A DNA stretch of 64,000 nt from positions 43,294 to 107,293 of the forward strand of contig JAJRXK010000019.1 of the NCBI GenBank assembly GCA_024276305.1, read 5' to 3'. The stretch is from Candidatus Krumholzibacteriota bacterium. Lineage in GTDB: Bacteria; Krumholzibacteriota; Krumholzibacteriia; JAJRXK01. This document shows, piece by piece, positions 10,514 to 19,110 of this stretch; positions within the stretch are counted from its first letter, which is position 1, and the number at the start of each line of letters is the position of its first letter. The notes beneath the pieces are model-generated. The model did not search any database. It saw only the letters and a list, made by a program, of their open reading frames with translations, and was not told the DNA's origin. Both the position numbers and the translations under genes were made by a program.

Positions 10514-11593
10514 TCAGTCCTTGCGACGCTTCAGAGCGCGGCCCCGAGGGGCCCCGCTTCGTCGTTCTTGGCGATGCACGAGTTGGCCGCAGGCCCCCGA
10601 AACCTCCCGGCCCCGGCTGTCCCTCACGGTGGCCACGATTCCGTGCTGCCAGAGGTGATCGACCATGGCGTCGATCCGCGTTGGAGATGGTCTTTGGCCT
10701 GCGAAGCTCTCGATGGGATTGAGCGGGATCAGATTGACCTTGAAAGGACCGCTCCGCGCCAGCGACACCAGGATCTTCGCCTGTGCCAGGTCGTCATTCT
10801 CGCCGGCGATGATCGCGCATTCCAATGTGACCTTCCGACGGGAGCTCCGGCCGTAGTCCGCGGCGGCTTGGAGCAGCTCGGCCACCGGCACCTGCCCGGC
10901 GACGGGCATGAGCCTTCGGCGATCCTCGTCTCGGCCCGTGGTCAAGGAAATCGCGAGTCCCACCGGGCGCTGAAGATCCCCGAGCGCGGAGATGCCTTCC
11001 ATCAGTCCCGATGTGCTCACGGTGATGCGTCGCGCTCCGATTCCGATCCCCTCTTCGTGCATGAGGATCCGCAGAGCGGGGAGCAGGGCCTCGAGGTTGT
11101 CGAAGGGCTATCCCATTCCCATGAACACGAGGTTGGGCTTGGAACGACCTGGGTTCAGGCGGGAGAGGAGTCGCACTTGTTCGACGATCTCGGCGGTGGA
11201 GAGCTGGCGAATGATCCCCATCCGGCCCGTGGCGCAGAAAACGCACCCCATTCGGCATCCGACTTGTGAGGACAGGCAGTAGGTGAAGTTTGCGTCCTCG
11301 CGGGGAATCGCGACCGCTTCGATGCGCGCGCCGTCCGCCAACGCGATCAGGTGCTTCGTCGATCCTCCAGCCGTGGACTCCGACGCCACCACCTGGAGGG
11401 GAGCCAATCCCGGGTGGCGGGACCACCGCTCCCGCAGGGCCTGCGGGAGGACGGTCACTTCGTCGAGGGTGGCGACATTCTGAACGTAGAGGGCGCGAGC
11501 GAGTTGCCGTCCTCGATATGCCGGCTGGCCTTCGTCTAGGGCGAAGTCCTCGAGTTCCTCGGGGCTGAGGTCGGTGAGAGTCTGGGGCAACAC
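10514..11593 (-). pseudogene. rlmN: Dual-specificity RNA methyltransferase RlmN interrupted by an in-frame TAG at 11110-11108
   Basis: CLSSQVGCRMGCVFCATG radical SAM motif, FMGMG*PFDN, ITVSTSG, VNLIPLNP and GACGQL are all in one frame. Confidence 0.85.
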
Positions 11594-11707
11594 GGCATTC
11601 CCACTTCTCGAGTCGGGTGTCTTGACAGGCTTGTCCCGTTGAGAGAAGTTCGGCGGGAGTTCCGTCACCACTCCATCGCCACTCCACGGGGAGGAAGGGC
11701 TGCGCCG

Positions 11708-12100
11708 ATGACCTCTTCGGTTCAAGATCCCATGCATGGTAGCGTGGATCGATCCGGCCCGCTCTCCTCCGCGAGGGCGGCCCTGCTGGCGGCAGTAGCC
11801 GACCCGGTGCGCCAGAGGATCCTCTTCGAACTCACCGAAGCGACGACCGTGGGGGAGCTGTGCCGCCGGTTGGACATGGCGCAGCCCCGGGTCTCTCACC
11901 ACCTCGCCGTGCTGCGTCAGGCAGGTTTGGTGGTGGCCGAGGCCCAGGGACGTCAACGGCCTCATCGCTGGGCCGAAGCTCCGGCGGGTTCGGATCTGGA
12001 GCGGATTCAGGACTTGTTGAGAAGTTGGAGCGGGGGCGAAAGCAGAACTCGTCCCCCTTCATCTCCCCAGGCTGCCAATCTCGAAGATTTCCTTCTGTAG
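11708..12100 (+). CDS. ArsR/SmtB family transcriptional regulator
   Basis: ADPVRQRIL..VGEL..MAQPRVSHHLAVLRQAGLV winged HTH. Confidence 0.85.
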   Translation: MTSSVQDPMHGSVDRSGPLSSARAALLAAVADPVRQRILFELTEATTVGELCRRLDMAQPRVSHHLAVLRQAGLVVAEAQGRQRPHRWAEAPAGSDLERIQDLLRSWSGGESRTRPPSSPQAANLEDFLL

Positions 12101-12142
12101 GGCCGAGAGAGGGTCGATGGACCACCCAGGAGAGACGAAGGC

Positions 12143-13513
12143 ATGACCGAAGCCAAGGCGCGGATCCTGATCGCGGATGACGAGGTGGCCATACGCCAGA
12201 GCCTTGGCAGCATCCTGGGTTACGAGGGTTTCGAAGTCTGCGAAGCCGAGAACGGGCCCGCGGCCCTGGCGAAATTGGCCGCAGAAAGGATCGATCTCCT
12301 CCTTCTCGATGTGAAGATGCCCCAGATGGACGGTTTCGAGGTCATCGCTCGGCTTCGCGAGGAAGGTCTGGATCTGCCAGTGGTGGTGATCAGCGGTCAC
12401 GATGCAGTCAGCAACGCGGTGGAGGCCATCAAACGGGGAGCCTACGATTTCCTGGAGAAACCCTTCAAGAAGGAGGAGCTGCTCGTTCGGGTGAACAACG
12501 CCCTCGAACACGGCCGAGTGCGCCGGGCGAATCGGGAGCTCCTCGAGAGCACGCGGTCCGGAATGCAGCTCATCGGAGACAGTCCCGCGATGCACGAGGT
12601 GAAGTCTCTCATCGAAAAGGTCGCTCCGACCCCGGCCCGCGTTCTCATCACCGGGGAGAACGGAACGGGCAAGGAGCTGGTGGCCAAGGCCATCCACGCC
12701 GCCTCGACCCGGTCCAAGGCTCCCTTCGTGGAGGTGAATTGCGCCGCATTGCCCGAGGAACTCGTCGAGAGCGAGCTCTTCGGTCACGAGAAGGGCGCCT
12801 TCACCGGGGCGCAGCGTCGTCGCGAGGGAAAGTTCGAACGGGCCCACGGCGGGACGCTCTTCCTCGACGAGATCGGGGACATGAGCCCTTCGGCCCAGGC
12901 CAAGGTGCTTCGAGCTCTCGAGGACCAACGGATCGAACGCGTGGGGGGATCGGGACCCATCGACGTGGATGTCCGAATCCTCGCGGCCACCAATCGGGAT
13001 CTCCAGGACGACGACCTCGGTTTTCGTCAGGACCTCTTCTTTCGTCTCAACGTGATCTCGATCCACCTTCCGGCCCTTCGGGAGCGGCCCGAAGACATTC
13101 CCGCCCTCTTCGACCACTTTCTGGCCCGGGCGGCGGTGGAGATGAAGCAGAAGCCCAAGCCCTTGGATCCAGAAGTAGTCAATAAGCTGATCGCATACGA
13201 CTGGCCGGGCAATGTTCGGGAATTGCGGAATCTGGCCGAGCGTCTGGCGATCGTGGCTCCCGCAGAGGGGATCCGGGTGGCAGATCTTCCCGCTTCCATG
13301 GGAGGCCGGGAAACGGTGAGGGGAGGGGCGGAGTTCCTCGATGCGCCGACCTTTCAGGACTTCAAGGCGGCGAGCGAGGCCGTTTTCCTGCAGGCCAAAC
13401 TGGCGGAGAACGACTACAACATCAGCCGCACCGCGGAGCAGCTGGAAATGCAGCGCAGCAACCTCTACAAGAAGATTCAACGCTACGACCTGCGGACATC
13501 ACAGAAGGACTGA
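12143..13513 (+). CDS. Sigma54-dependent response regulator (NtrC/NtrX family)
   Basis: REC domain (LLDVKMP), GENGTGKE, ESELFGHEKGAFTGA, FLDEIGD and Fis-type HTH. Confidence 0.95.
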   Translation: MTEAKARILIADDEVAIRQSLGSILGYEGFEVCEAENGPAALAKLAAERIDLLLLDVKMPQMDGFEVIARLREEGLDLPVVVISGHDAVSNAVEAIKRGAYDFLEKPFKKEELLVRVNNALEHGRVRRANRELLESTRSGMQLIGDSPAMHEVKSLIEKVAPTPARVLITGENGTGKELVAKAIHAASTRSKAPFVEVNCAALPEELVESELFGHEKGAFTGAQRRREGKFERAHGGTLFLDEIGDMSPSAQAKVLRALEDQRIERVGGSGPIDVDVRILAATNRDLQDDDLGFRQDLFFRLNVISIHLPALRERPEDIPALFDHFLARAAVEMKQKPKPLDPEVVNKLIAYDWPGNVRELRNLAERLAIVAPAEGIRVADLPASMGGRETVRGGAEFLDAPTFQDFKAASEAVFLQAKLAENDYNISRTAEQLEMQRSNLYKKIQRYDLRTSQKD

Positions 13514-13544
13514 GAGAGCGACGGTGGTGATCGCGTTCTGGCGA

Positions 13545-13574
13545 TTGACAGCAACCCCACGGCGTACGTATCGT
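13545..13574 (+). promoter_or_regulatory. Sigma70-type promoter for the small secreted peptide gene
   Basis: TTGACA-N18-TATCGT. Confidence 0.5.
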
Positions 13575-13725
13575 AGTAGGGTCATCTCGTGGGCTGGAGT
13601 GGGCTGCAGCGGGATCGACGACCCGCCCGTCGTGGATCTGCAAGGCGGCCCCCCGTGGTCCTGACCAGAAGCGCCCTCGAAGGAGGGTGGGATGACAAGA
13701 TCCGAAACCTAGGGAGTACGAACCC

Positions 13726-14085
13726 ATGAAGAGCCACGTATCTGCCGGATTGGCTCTGGCCCTCGTGGTGCTGGTTCTGTTGAGTGCGGTGCCTTCGTCA
13801 GCATTCGCTGGCGACGGCGAAGAGGACTTGACCCTGGGATTGGTGCGACCCACGACGGTTGCGCCCACCGCAACGCGCGGTCTCCCCACCGGAGGTACTG
13901 ACCCCGGAACGGGTACCGTGAACGGTGATCCCGAGGATTGGTTGGGCGGACAGAATCTGAAGCCGGATTCGAATCCTGGCAAGAATCTGACGGCGCCCGA
14001 TCCTCCCAGTAGTCTCTTTGTCCAGATCCAGCAATGGTGGCAGTCGATGCTTCGCCTTTCCGCGGAGACCATGGCTGGCCGCTGA
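13726..14085 (+). CDS. Small secreted protein / putative signalling pro-peptide (119 aa)
   Basis: GGGAG RBS; Sec signal ending SAFA; P/T/G-rich linker; GDPEDWLGG core; amphipathic WWQSML C-terminus. Confidence 0.75.
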   Translation: MKSHVSAGLALALVVLVLLSAVPSSAFAGDGEEDLTLGLVRPTTVAPTATRGLPTGGTDPGTGTVNGDPEDWLGGQNLKPDSNPGKNLTAPDPPSSLFVQIQQWWQSMLRLSAETMAGR

Positions 14086-14204
14086 CCCGAACCGGCGCCT
14101 GAATCCGATGCACCTGGAGGGTGCAGCAGGCACCTCGAAATCTCGCGCAATGATGGAATCATCGCGAGGCACCTTTGAACCCCTTCTCGCCCAAGGGATG
14201 CCCG

Positions 14205-17200
14205 ATGCAGGACTTTCGTGACGGCCGCGAACCGAGTTCTTCGTTGCCGCACAACTTTCACTCAGGTCCCGCCCTCTCCTTCGAGCGGCTCGAGGAGGTG
14301 GGCGACCTTCACTTCCACGCGGCAGCCTACACTTCTGCCGTGGACTACTACCGTACTGCTCTCGATGCTTCACCCGCCGATGCCGATGCGCAGTCGACGC
14401 TTCTCAGGATTCGGTGCAAGCTGGCCGATTGTTTTCGGGTGCAGGGGCAGCTTCGGCGGGCCCTCGAGGAGTTCGAGACGGCGTCCACGGAGGCCGCGGG
14501 ACTGGGGACGATCGAGACCGCAGCGACCGACGTGCGAATCGCCCGGGTACTGCAGGCTCAAGGCCGCTATTCGGATGCCATCGATCTCGCGACTCGATCC
14601 TTCACCGTCCTTTCTCTGACCGACCGACACGGTGACGTTGCCATCGCGCAGATGGTTCTCGGTATTGCCCACGCTTGCCGTGGTCAGCTCGTCAAGGCGG
14701 AGGAATTCTTCCAAGACGCGCTGTCGACCTATCGCCGGATCGGGGATGAGGTCTCTCAGGCCCATGTGCTCAACAACCTCGCGCTGCTGGCCAAGAGGAA
14801 TTGCCGGTGGACGCGGGCCCTCCAGCTCTACGAGCGGGCCGAGAAGCTCTTCCACCGCCACGGCGCAAATGTCGAAATCTGTGCGCTCTATCTGAACAAA
14901 GCGGTGCTCCTGAGAAAGACCGGTCATCGAGTCGAATCGATGGCGTCGGCGCTCCAAGGCCTGCGATTGGCCCGGACCCGTGGAGACCAGGGAGGAATCC
15001 TGCGTTTCGATCTGATCCTGGGACAGCTCAAGATCGACGAATCTGCCTTTGCCGAGGCCCAGGATTACCTCCTCGAGGCCCGGGTCCTGGCGGAATCCGA
15101 GGACTCCCGTCGTGATCTCGCCTTGGCGGATGAGTTCCTCGGGGATTTGATGTTCGCCAAGGGAGAGTTGGACGACGCGATGTCCAACTACGATCGTGCG
15201 GCGGAGAGAGCGCTCGAGCTGAGTCCCACCAACGATATTCTGGCCGAAGTCTCGCGACGTCGCGCCGAACTCCACCTCCGGCGCGAAGAGCCGGAGCTCG
15301 CACTCGAGGAAGTGCACCGAGGTGTGGAGCTGGTCGACGCTTCGGGTGAGGAGTTCGAACGCGGCTTCTTGGAGCGGACGCGGGGGGGGGCCCTCACTCT
15401 CCTGGATCATGTCGAGGAGGGCTTGATCTCCTACCGCGAGAGCCTCGACACCTTCCGGCGGCTGCATCTGGATCTGGAGGTCTTCCGCACTCTGCTGTGC
15501 TTGTCCGAGGCGTTGGTTCGGCGCGGGGGAGAGAAGAACCTCGTCGTGGCCCGGGCTCGGTTGAACGAAGCCCTGGCCTTGGAGCTGCCCCCGGAGAGCG
15601 GAGTGCGTCCCGGACGGGCTCAGTTTGCATTGGCTCGCGTGGAGTTGTCCCTGGGGAACTTCGACGAGGCCTTGATCACTCTCTGCGATTTGGAACGCAG
15701 CGCTGGCGATGACGATGCACTGCACGATGCGGAGCTGTCCCTGCTCCGAGAGGAAATCGAACACGCGGTGTCGGCGGATGCCAGGGGTGGGGTGGAGTCC
15801 TTCCACTTCGTGCGTGATCTCTCGGATCGAGTGGCTCCGAACGGGCGACACGACGAGGCGACGATCTCGTCGACGCTGGTGACCGCAGCCGAGCAATTGG
15901 GGGCGCAGCGTGCGTTCGTGGCCCTTCGCGACGAGCGTGGCAGGGTACGGATTCTTGCGAACCACGAGATGGCGCTCGTGCACGCGCGCGCTCTCGCGCT
16001 GCGAGCGTGGGAGCAATTGTCGGGTCAGGAGCCGGGCCACGCTCGGGTGTGGTCGCAGGCCGCATCGGATCCGGCGTGGATCGGCGGGGTGGCCGAGAAC
16101 CGGCGTCCTCTCGATTCCGTCGTGGGGATACGACTCTTCGACGCCGCATCGGGAAGGGAAGGGCTCTTCTACTTCGATGCGGCGGTGAAGGACAGGATCC
16201 CCTTCAGTCCCGACTCCATCGCCATGGCGTCGGCTTGTGTGGCCATGTTGGGCGAAAGCATCCTTCACCGCGTCCCCTCCGACAGCCTGCTCGACGATGA
16301 AGCCAGTCCCTTCTCTCGCTTTCTCACCCAGAGTGATCGGGTTCGCGAGGTTCTGAGTCTCTGTGCGAAGGTGGCCCCGAGTCCCTACACCGTGTTGTTC
16401 ACCGGAGAGACCGGGACGGGCAAGGGCCTGTTGGCCCGGATCATCCATGATCTGAGTCCGCGCTGCGACCGCAGCTTCGTCACCGTCAATTGCGCGGCTA
16501 TTCCGGAGACTCTCCTCGAGAGCGAGCTCTTCGGACACGTTCGGGGGGCCTTTACCGGGGCCGACCGTGACAAGGATGGACTCATCGTCTCGGCGGAGGG
16601 CGGGACGCTCTTCCTGGACGAGATCGGGAAGATGCCTCTGCCCATGCAGGCGAAACTCCTACAGTTCCTCGACTCGCGCGAGGTGCGTCCGGTGGGGTCT
16701 TCGCAGATGCGATCCGTCGATGTCCGGGTCATTTGCGCCAGCAAGCGCAATCTCGAGACCATGATCACCACCGGCGAGTTCCTGGAGGACCTCTACTACC
16801 GCCTCTTGGATTTTCCGGTGTCCATTCCCCCTCTGCGCGACCGAGGAGACGACATCGTACTCCTGGCGCGGGAGTTCGTGGCGCGAAGTTGCGAGGACCT
16901 GGGGCGACCGGAGCCGGTGTTGACTCGGGGTTTCGTCTCGAGGCTGCGGGCCTACGATTGGCCGGGCAATGTGCGGCAGATGGAAAAGGTCATGCGGCGG
17001 GCGGTGGTGCTCGCTGCTTCGGAGGAGCGCCTGCGAGAGATGCATCTCCCCGCCGATCTGGGTCCGGCCGCCGTGGACGATTCCGACGGCGATCCCCCGG
17101 AGTTTCGCCCGCTCAAGGAGCAGGTCGCGGAACTCGAGCGGAGCGTGCTCCGGCGCAGTCTGGAATCGACGGGATGGAATCGTTCGGAGACCGCCCGACG

Positions 17201-17267
17201 GCTGAAGATTTCCTATCCGACCCTGCTGCAGAAGATCCGCAGTTATGGGTTGAAGGAAAACTGCTGA
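14205..17267 (+). CDS. TPR-repeat, GAF-like, sigma54 AAA+ enhancer-binding protein with Fis-type HTH
   Basis: About 520 aa of TPR-like helical repeats (e.g. AHVLNNLALL), then GETGTGKG, ESELFGHVRGAFTGA, FLDEIG, WPGNVRQ and WNRSETARRLKIS. No REC domain or TM segment. Confidence 0.92.
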   Translation: MQDFRDGREPSSSLPHNFHSGPALSFERLEEVGDLHFHAAAYTSAVDYYRTALDASPADADAQSTLLRIRCKLADCFRVQGQLRRALEEFETASTEAAGLGTIETAATDVRIARVLQAQGRYSDAIDLATRSFTVLSLTDRHGDVAIAQMVLGIAHACRGQLVKAEEFFQDALSTYRRIGDEVSQAHVLNNLALLAKRNCRWTRALQLYERAEKLFHRHGANVEICALYLNKAVLLRKTGHRVESMASALQGLRLARTRGDQGGILRFDLILGQLKIDESAFAEAQDYLLEARVLAESEDSRRDLALADEFLGDLMFAKGELDDAMSNYDRAAERALELSPTNDILAEVSRRRAELHLRREEPELALEEVHRGVELVDASGEEFERGFLERTRGGALTLLDHVEEGLISYRESLDTFRRLHLDLEVFRTLLCLSEALVRRGGEKNLVVARARLNEALALELPPESGVRPGRAQFALARVELSLGNFDEALITLCDLERSAGDDDALHDAELSLLREEIEHAVSADARGGVESFHFVRDLSDRVAPNGRHDEATISSTLVTAAEQLGAQRAFVALRDERGRVRILANHEMALVHARALALRAWEQLSGQEPGHARVWSQAASDPAWIGGVAENRRPLDSVVGIRLFDAASGREGLFYFDAAVKDRIPFSPDSIAMASACVAMLGESILHRVPSDSLLDDEASPFSRFLTQSDRVREVLSLCAKVAPSPYTVLFTGETGTGKGLLARIIHDLSPRCDRSFVTVNCAAIPETLLESELFGHVRGAFTGADRDKDGLIVSAEGGTLFLDEIGKMPLPMQAKLLQFLDSREVRPVGSSQMRSVDVRVICASKRNLETMITTGEFLEDLYYRLLDFPVSIPPLRDRGDDIVLLAREFVARSCEDLGRPEPVLTRGFVSRLRAYDWPGNVRQMEKVMRRAVVLAASEERLREMHLPADLGPAAVDDSDGDPPEFRPLKEQVAELERSVLRRSLESTGWNRSETARRLKISYPTLLQKIRSYGLKENC

Positions 17268-17303
17268 CCGGCCTTTCCTCTATCGTCTTTTTTGATAGAT
17301 GCC

Positions 17304-17326
17304 AAGTCATTGAAAAGCAATGACTT
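17304..17326. promoter_or_regulatory. Perfect 9-bp inverted repeat (UAS or IHF-like site)
   Basis: AAGTCATTG-aaaag-CAATGACTT in an AT-rich island ~140 bp upstream of a sigma54 promoter. Confidence 0.55.
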
Positions 17327-17428
17327 CAATGCAGCGTAGTCCCTCGCTCTCTAAACTTTCTTTCCAGTTGCCGGCGAGGGTTTCGGGCCATCTTCCCGCA
17401 GTGGTGTCTGGAGTCGTAAAGCGTTGTC

Positions 17429-17441
17429 GATCAACACATTA
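17429..17441 (+). promoter_or_regulatory. IHF-like binding site
   Basis: GATCAACACATTA compared with the IHF consensus WATCAANNNNTTR; just upstream of the -24 element. Confidence 0.5.
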
Positions 17442-17464
17442 GCTTTTCGCAAAAGATGGCATGC

Positions 17465-17480
17465 CGGCATGGATGGTGCA
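17465..17480 (+). promoter_or_regulatory. Sigma54 (-24/-12) promoter
   Basis: CGGCATGGATGGTGCA (GG-N10-GC). Confidence 0.6.
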
Positions 17481-17490
17481 GTGGCTCCTC

Positions 17491-17859
17491 TTGATCGGTC
17501 ACCAAAGCAGTCGTGTACCGGTCGTCCAGTGAGGCCTTCGGGTCCACACAGCGGGGGGTGGCGGGAGAGTTTCTCTCCGATCACCGGCCAGAATGAGGTG
17601 GAGGCCCTTCAATTCGCTCTTTCCGTTGCCGTACAGGAGGTGGGGTCCTCGTGGGGTGATGGTCAGAGGTTCGGGTCTTTGCCCTCGCTCGCACTCTCCG
17701 TGCATTTCGAAAGGATCTTGGTCCTTCAGTCGGCGAGCCGCAGAGGCATCCGCATCAGGGTTTGGCGAGATCCCTGATGCAAGCATGGAGCCCCTGGTTC
17801 GATCGAGGGACCGCGGTCTGGACGCAGGCGGGTCGCCCCTTCGGGGGCGGCCCGTTTTT
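17491..17859 (+). ncRNA. Putative structured non-coding RNA of unknown class (~370 nt)
   Basis: Bounded by a sigma54 promoter and an intrinsic terminator. Contains multiple stems and no convincing ORF. Confidence 0.45.
17829..17859 (+). terminator. Intrinsic terminator
   Basis: CGGGTCGCCCC-TTCG-GGGGCGGCCCG-TTTTT. Confidence 0.85.
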
Positions 17860-18110
17860 GTGAATGTGCTGGAATGACGGGGCTTTCGGGCGGCAAGAGG
17901 CCGAGTTCGCTGTCCTCGTCGGGCTACAATCTCTGTCGCCCGCCCGCTACGATCTGGCTCCGAGACGGCCCTCGTCTGCCTCCAGGCTCATTCCCACTGC
18001 GGATCCGGCCGCCGTCCGACAGGATTCAAGTCATGTAGATACAACAGCTTAGCATCTGTTACACCGAATTGGCGGGCCCGGGGACCCAGAGCAGGATTGA
18101 TTGTGGACCG

Positions 18111-18126
18111 TGGCACGAGGGGTGCG
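18111..18126 (+). promoter_or_regulatory. Sigma54 (-24/-12) promoter
   Basis: TGGCACGAGGGGTGCG, with an IHF-like site at 18028-18051 upstream. Confidence 0.7.
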
Positions 18127-18170
18127 AGAGCAGGGTTGTGCTCCCCCAGCACCCTGCGGAGGTGAATGCC

Positions 18171-19094
18171 ATGCTCTCCGATCGAAAACCTTCCTGCTCT
18201 CGCGGCGGATTCCGAAGTCTCAGGCTTTGGACTCTTTTGGGCGGCGCAGTCGCCCTCCTCTTCGCGGGATGCGGCGAAGATGTGGTGGATCGAACTCCTC
18301 CCGCGATCCCCTCGGGAGTCTACAGTATTACTGCCGACCAGCAGGTGATCCTGCGGTGGACTCCGAACCGCGAAGCCGATTTGGCCGGATATTCGGTCCT
18401 GTGGAACGACGACGGCGGAGCCGAATACTTCATCATCGCCACCTTCGACGCTCTCGACGAGAACCACTTCATGGTCGTCGATGTCCAGGATCCGTCGCTG
18501 GACTACGTGGAGTTCGCGGACCGAGGGGACGACGGAACGGGTTTGGCCAATGGTTCGGAGAATTGGTATGCGGTTCTGGCCTTCGACCACGAAGGAAACG
18601 AGTCCGACCTCAGCCTCGAGGAGATTCGGGACGTTCCCCGTCCGGAGGGCAAGGTGCAGCTGCGCGACCTGAACTTCTTGGCCGCGGAGTCGGGCTTCGA
18701 CTTCTCCGGAGAAGTGATTCGACCGGCGACCGATCCCGCCGCTGACTTCTGGTTCGAGACCGTGGGCAACGCCGGATTCCTGAACGCAAACGTCGCTCGA
18801 GTGCGGGTCCAGGACTATGGGAACGTGGGCTTCGACGTCCTGTCCGAGGCGCCGATCGGAGGTTGGTCCGTGGTCGGGCGAGTCGAGGCGATTGTCGGAC
18901 ACACTTATGCATTCGAGATCGCGGCCGGTTCCTCGGATGTACGATATGCCAAGGTGACGGTGTTCGACATGGACGTCGTCGGTCGGATCGTGGACCTGGA
19001 TTGGGCCTACCAGCCCGTGGTCAACGAATACCAGCTCAAGGGTCTCTCCACGAGGAGATCCGGCGCGGTGCGCGTTCGCAAGAGCGCGCCCTGA
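18171..19094 (+). CDS. Lipoprotein with fibronectin type III-like domain
   Basis: GGAGG RBS; LLFAGC lipobox; TPPAIP..LRWTPN..DLAGY..YAVLAFD..GNES FN3 pattern. Confidence 0.75.
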   Translation: MLSDRKPSCSRGGFRSLRLWTLLGGAVALLFAGCGEDVVDRTPPAIPSGVYSITADQQVILRWTPNREADLAGYSVLWNDDGGAEYFIIATFDALDENHFMVVDVQDPSLDYVEFADRGDDGTGLANGSENWYAVLAFDHEGNESDLSLEEIRDVPRPEGKVQLRDLNFLAAESGFDFSGEVIRPATDPAADFWFETVGNAGFLNANVARVRVQDYGNVGFDVLSEAPIGGWSVVGRVEAIVGHTYAFEIAAGSSDVRYAKVTVFDMDVVGRIVDLDWAYQPVVNEYQLKGLSTRRSGAVRVRKSAP

Positions 19095-19110
19095 TGCGAA
19101 GGAGACCACA

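Noticed and set aside
11108-11110. Pyrrolysine or genome-wide TAG recoding in rlmN
   Set aside because: The position is a conserved Glu one base from TAG, and TAG ends many other genes here at expected C-termini.
13726-14085. RiPP precursor
   Set aside because: It has a Sec signal peptide and no modifying enzymes or dedicated transporter nearby; the only radical SAM gene is rlmN.
14370-16538. Long antisense ORFs (e.g. 14370-16538, 32880-34682, 37050-39182, 53011-55461, 59197-60966)
   Set aside because: Shadow ORFs expected from high-GC codon bias opposite well-supported genes; no recognisable motifs.
17491-17859. CsrB/RsmY-type GGA-repeat sRNA, or the 17424/17593 ORFs as real genes
   Set aside because: About seven GGA motifs is roughly chance expectation at this GC content. 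One ORF starts upstream of the promoter and the other runs through the terminator.
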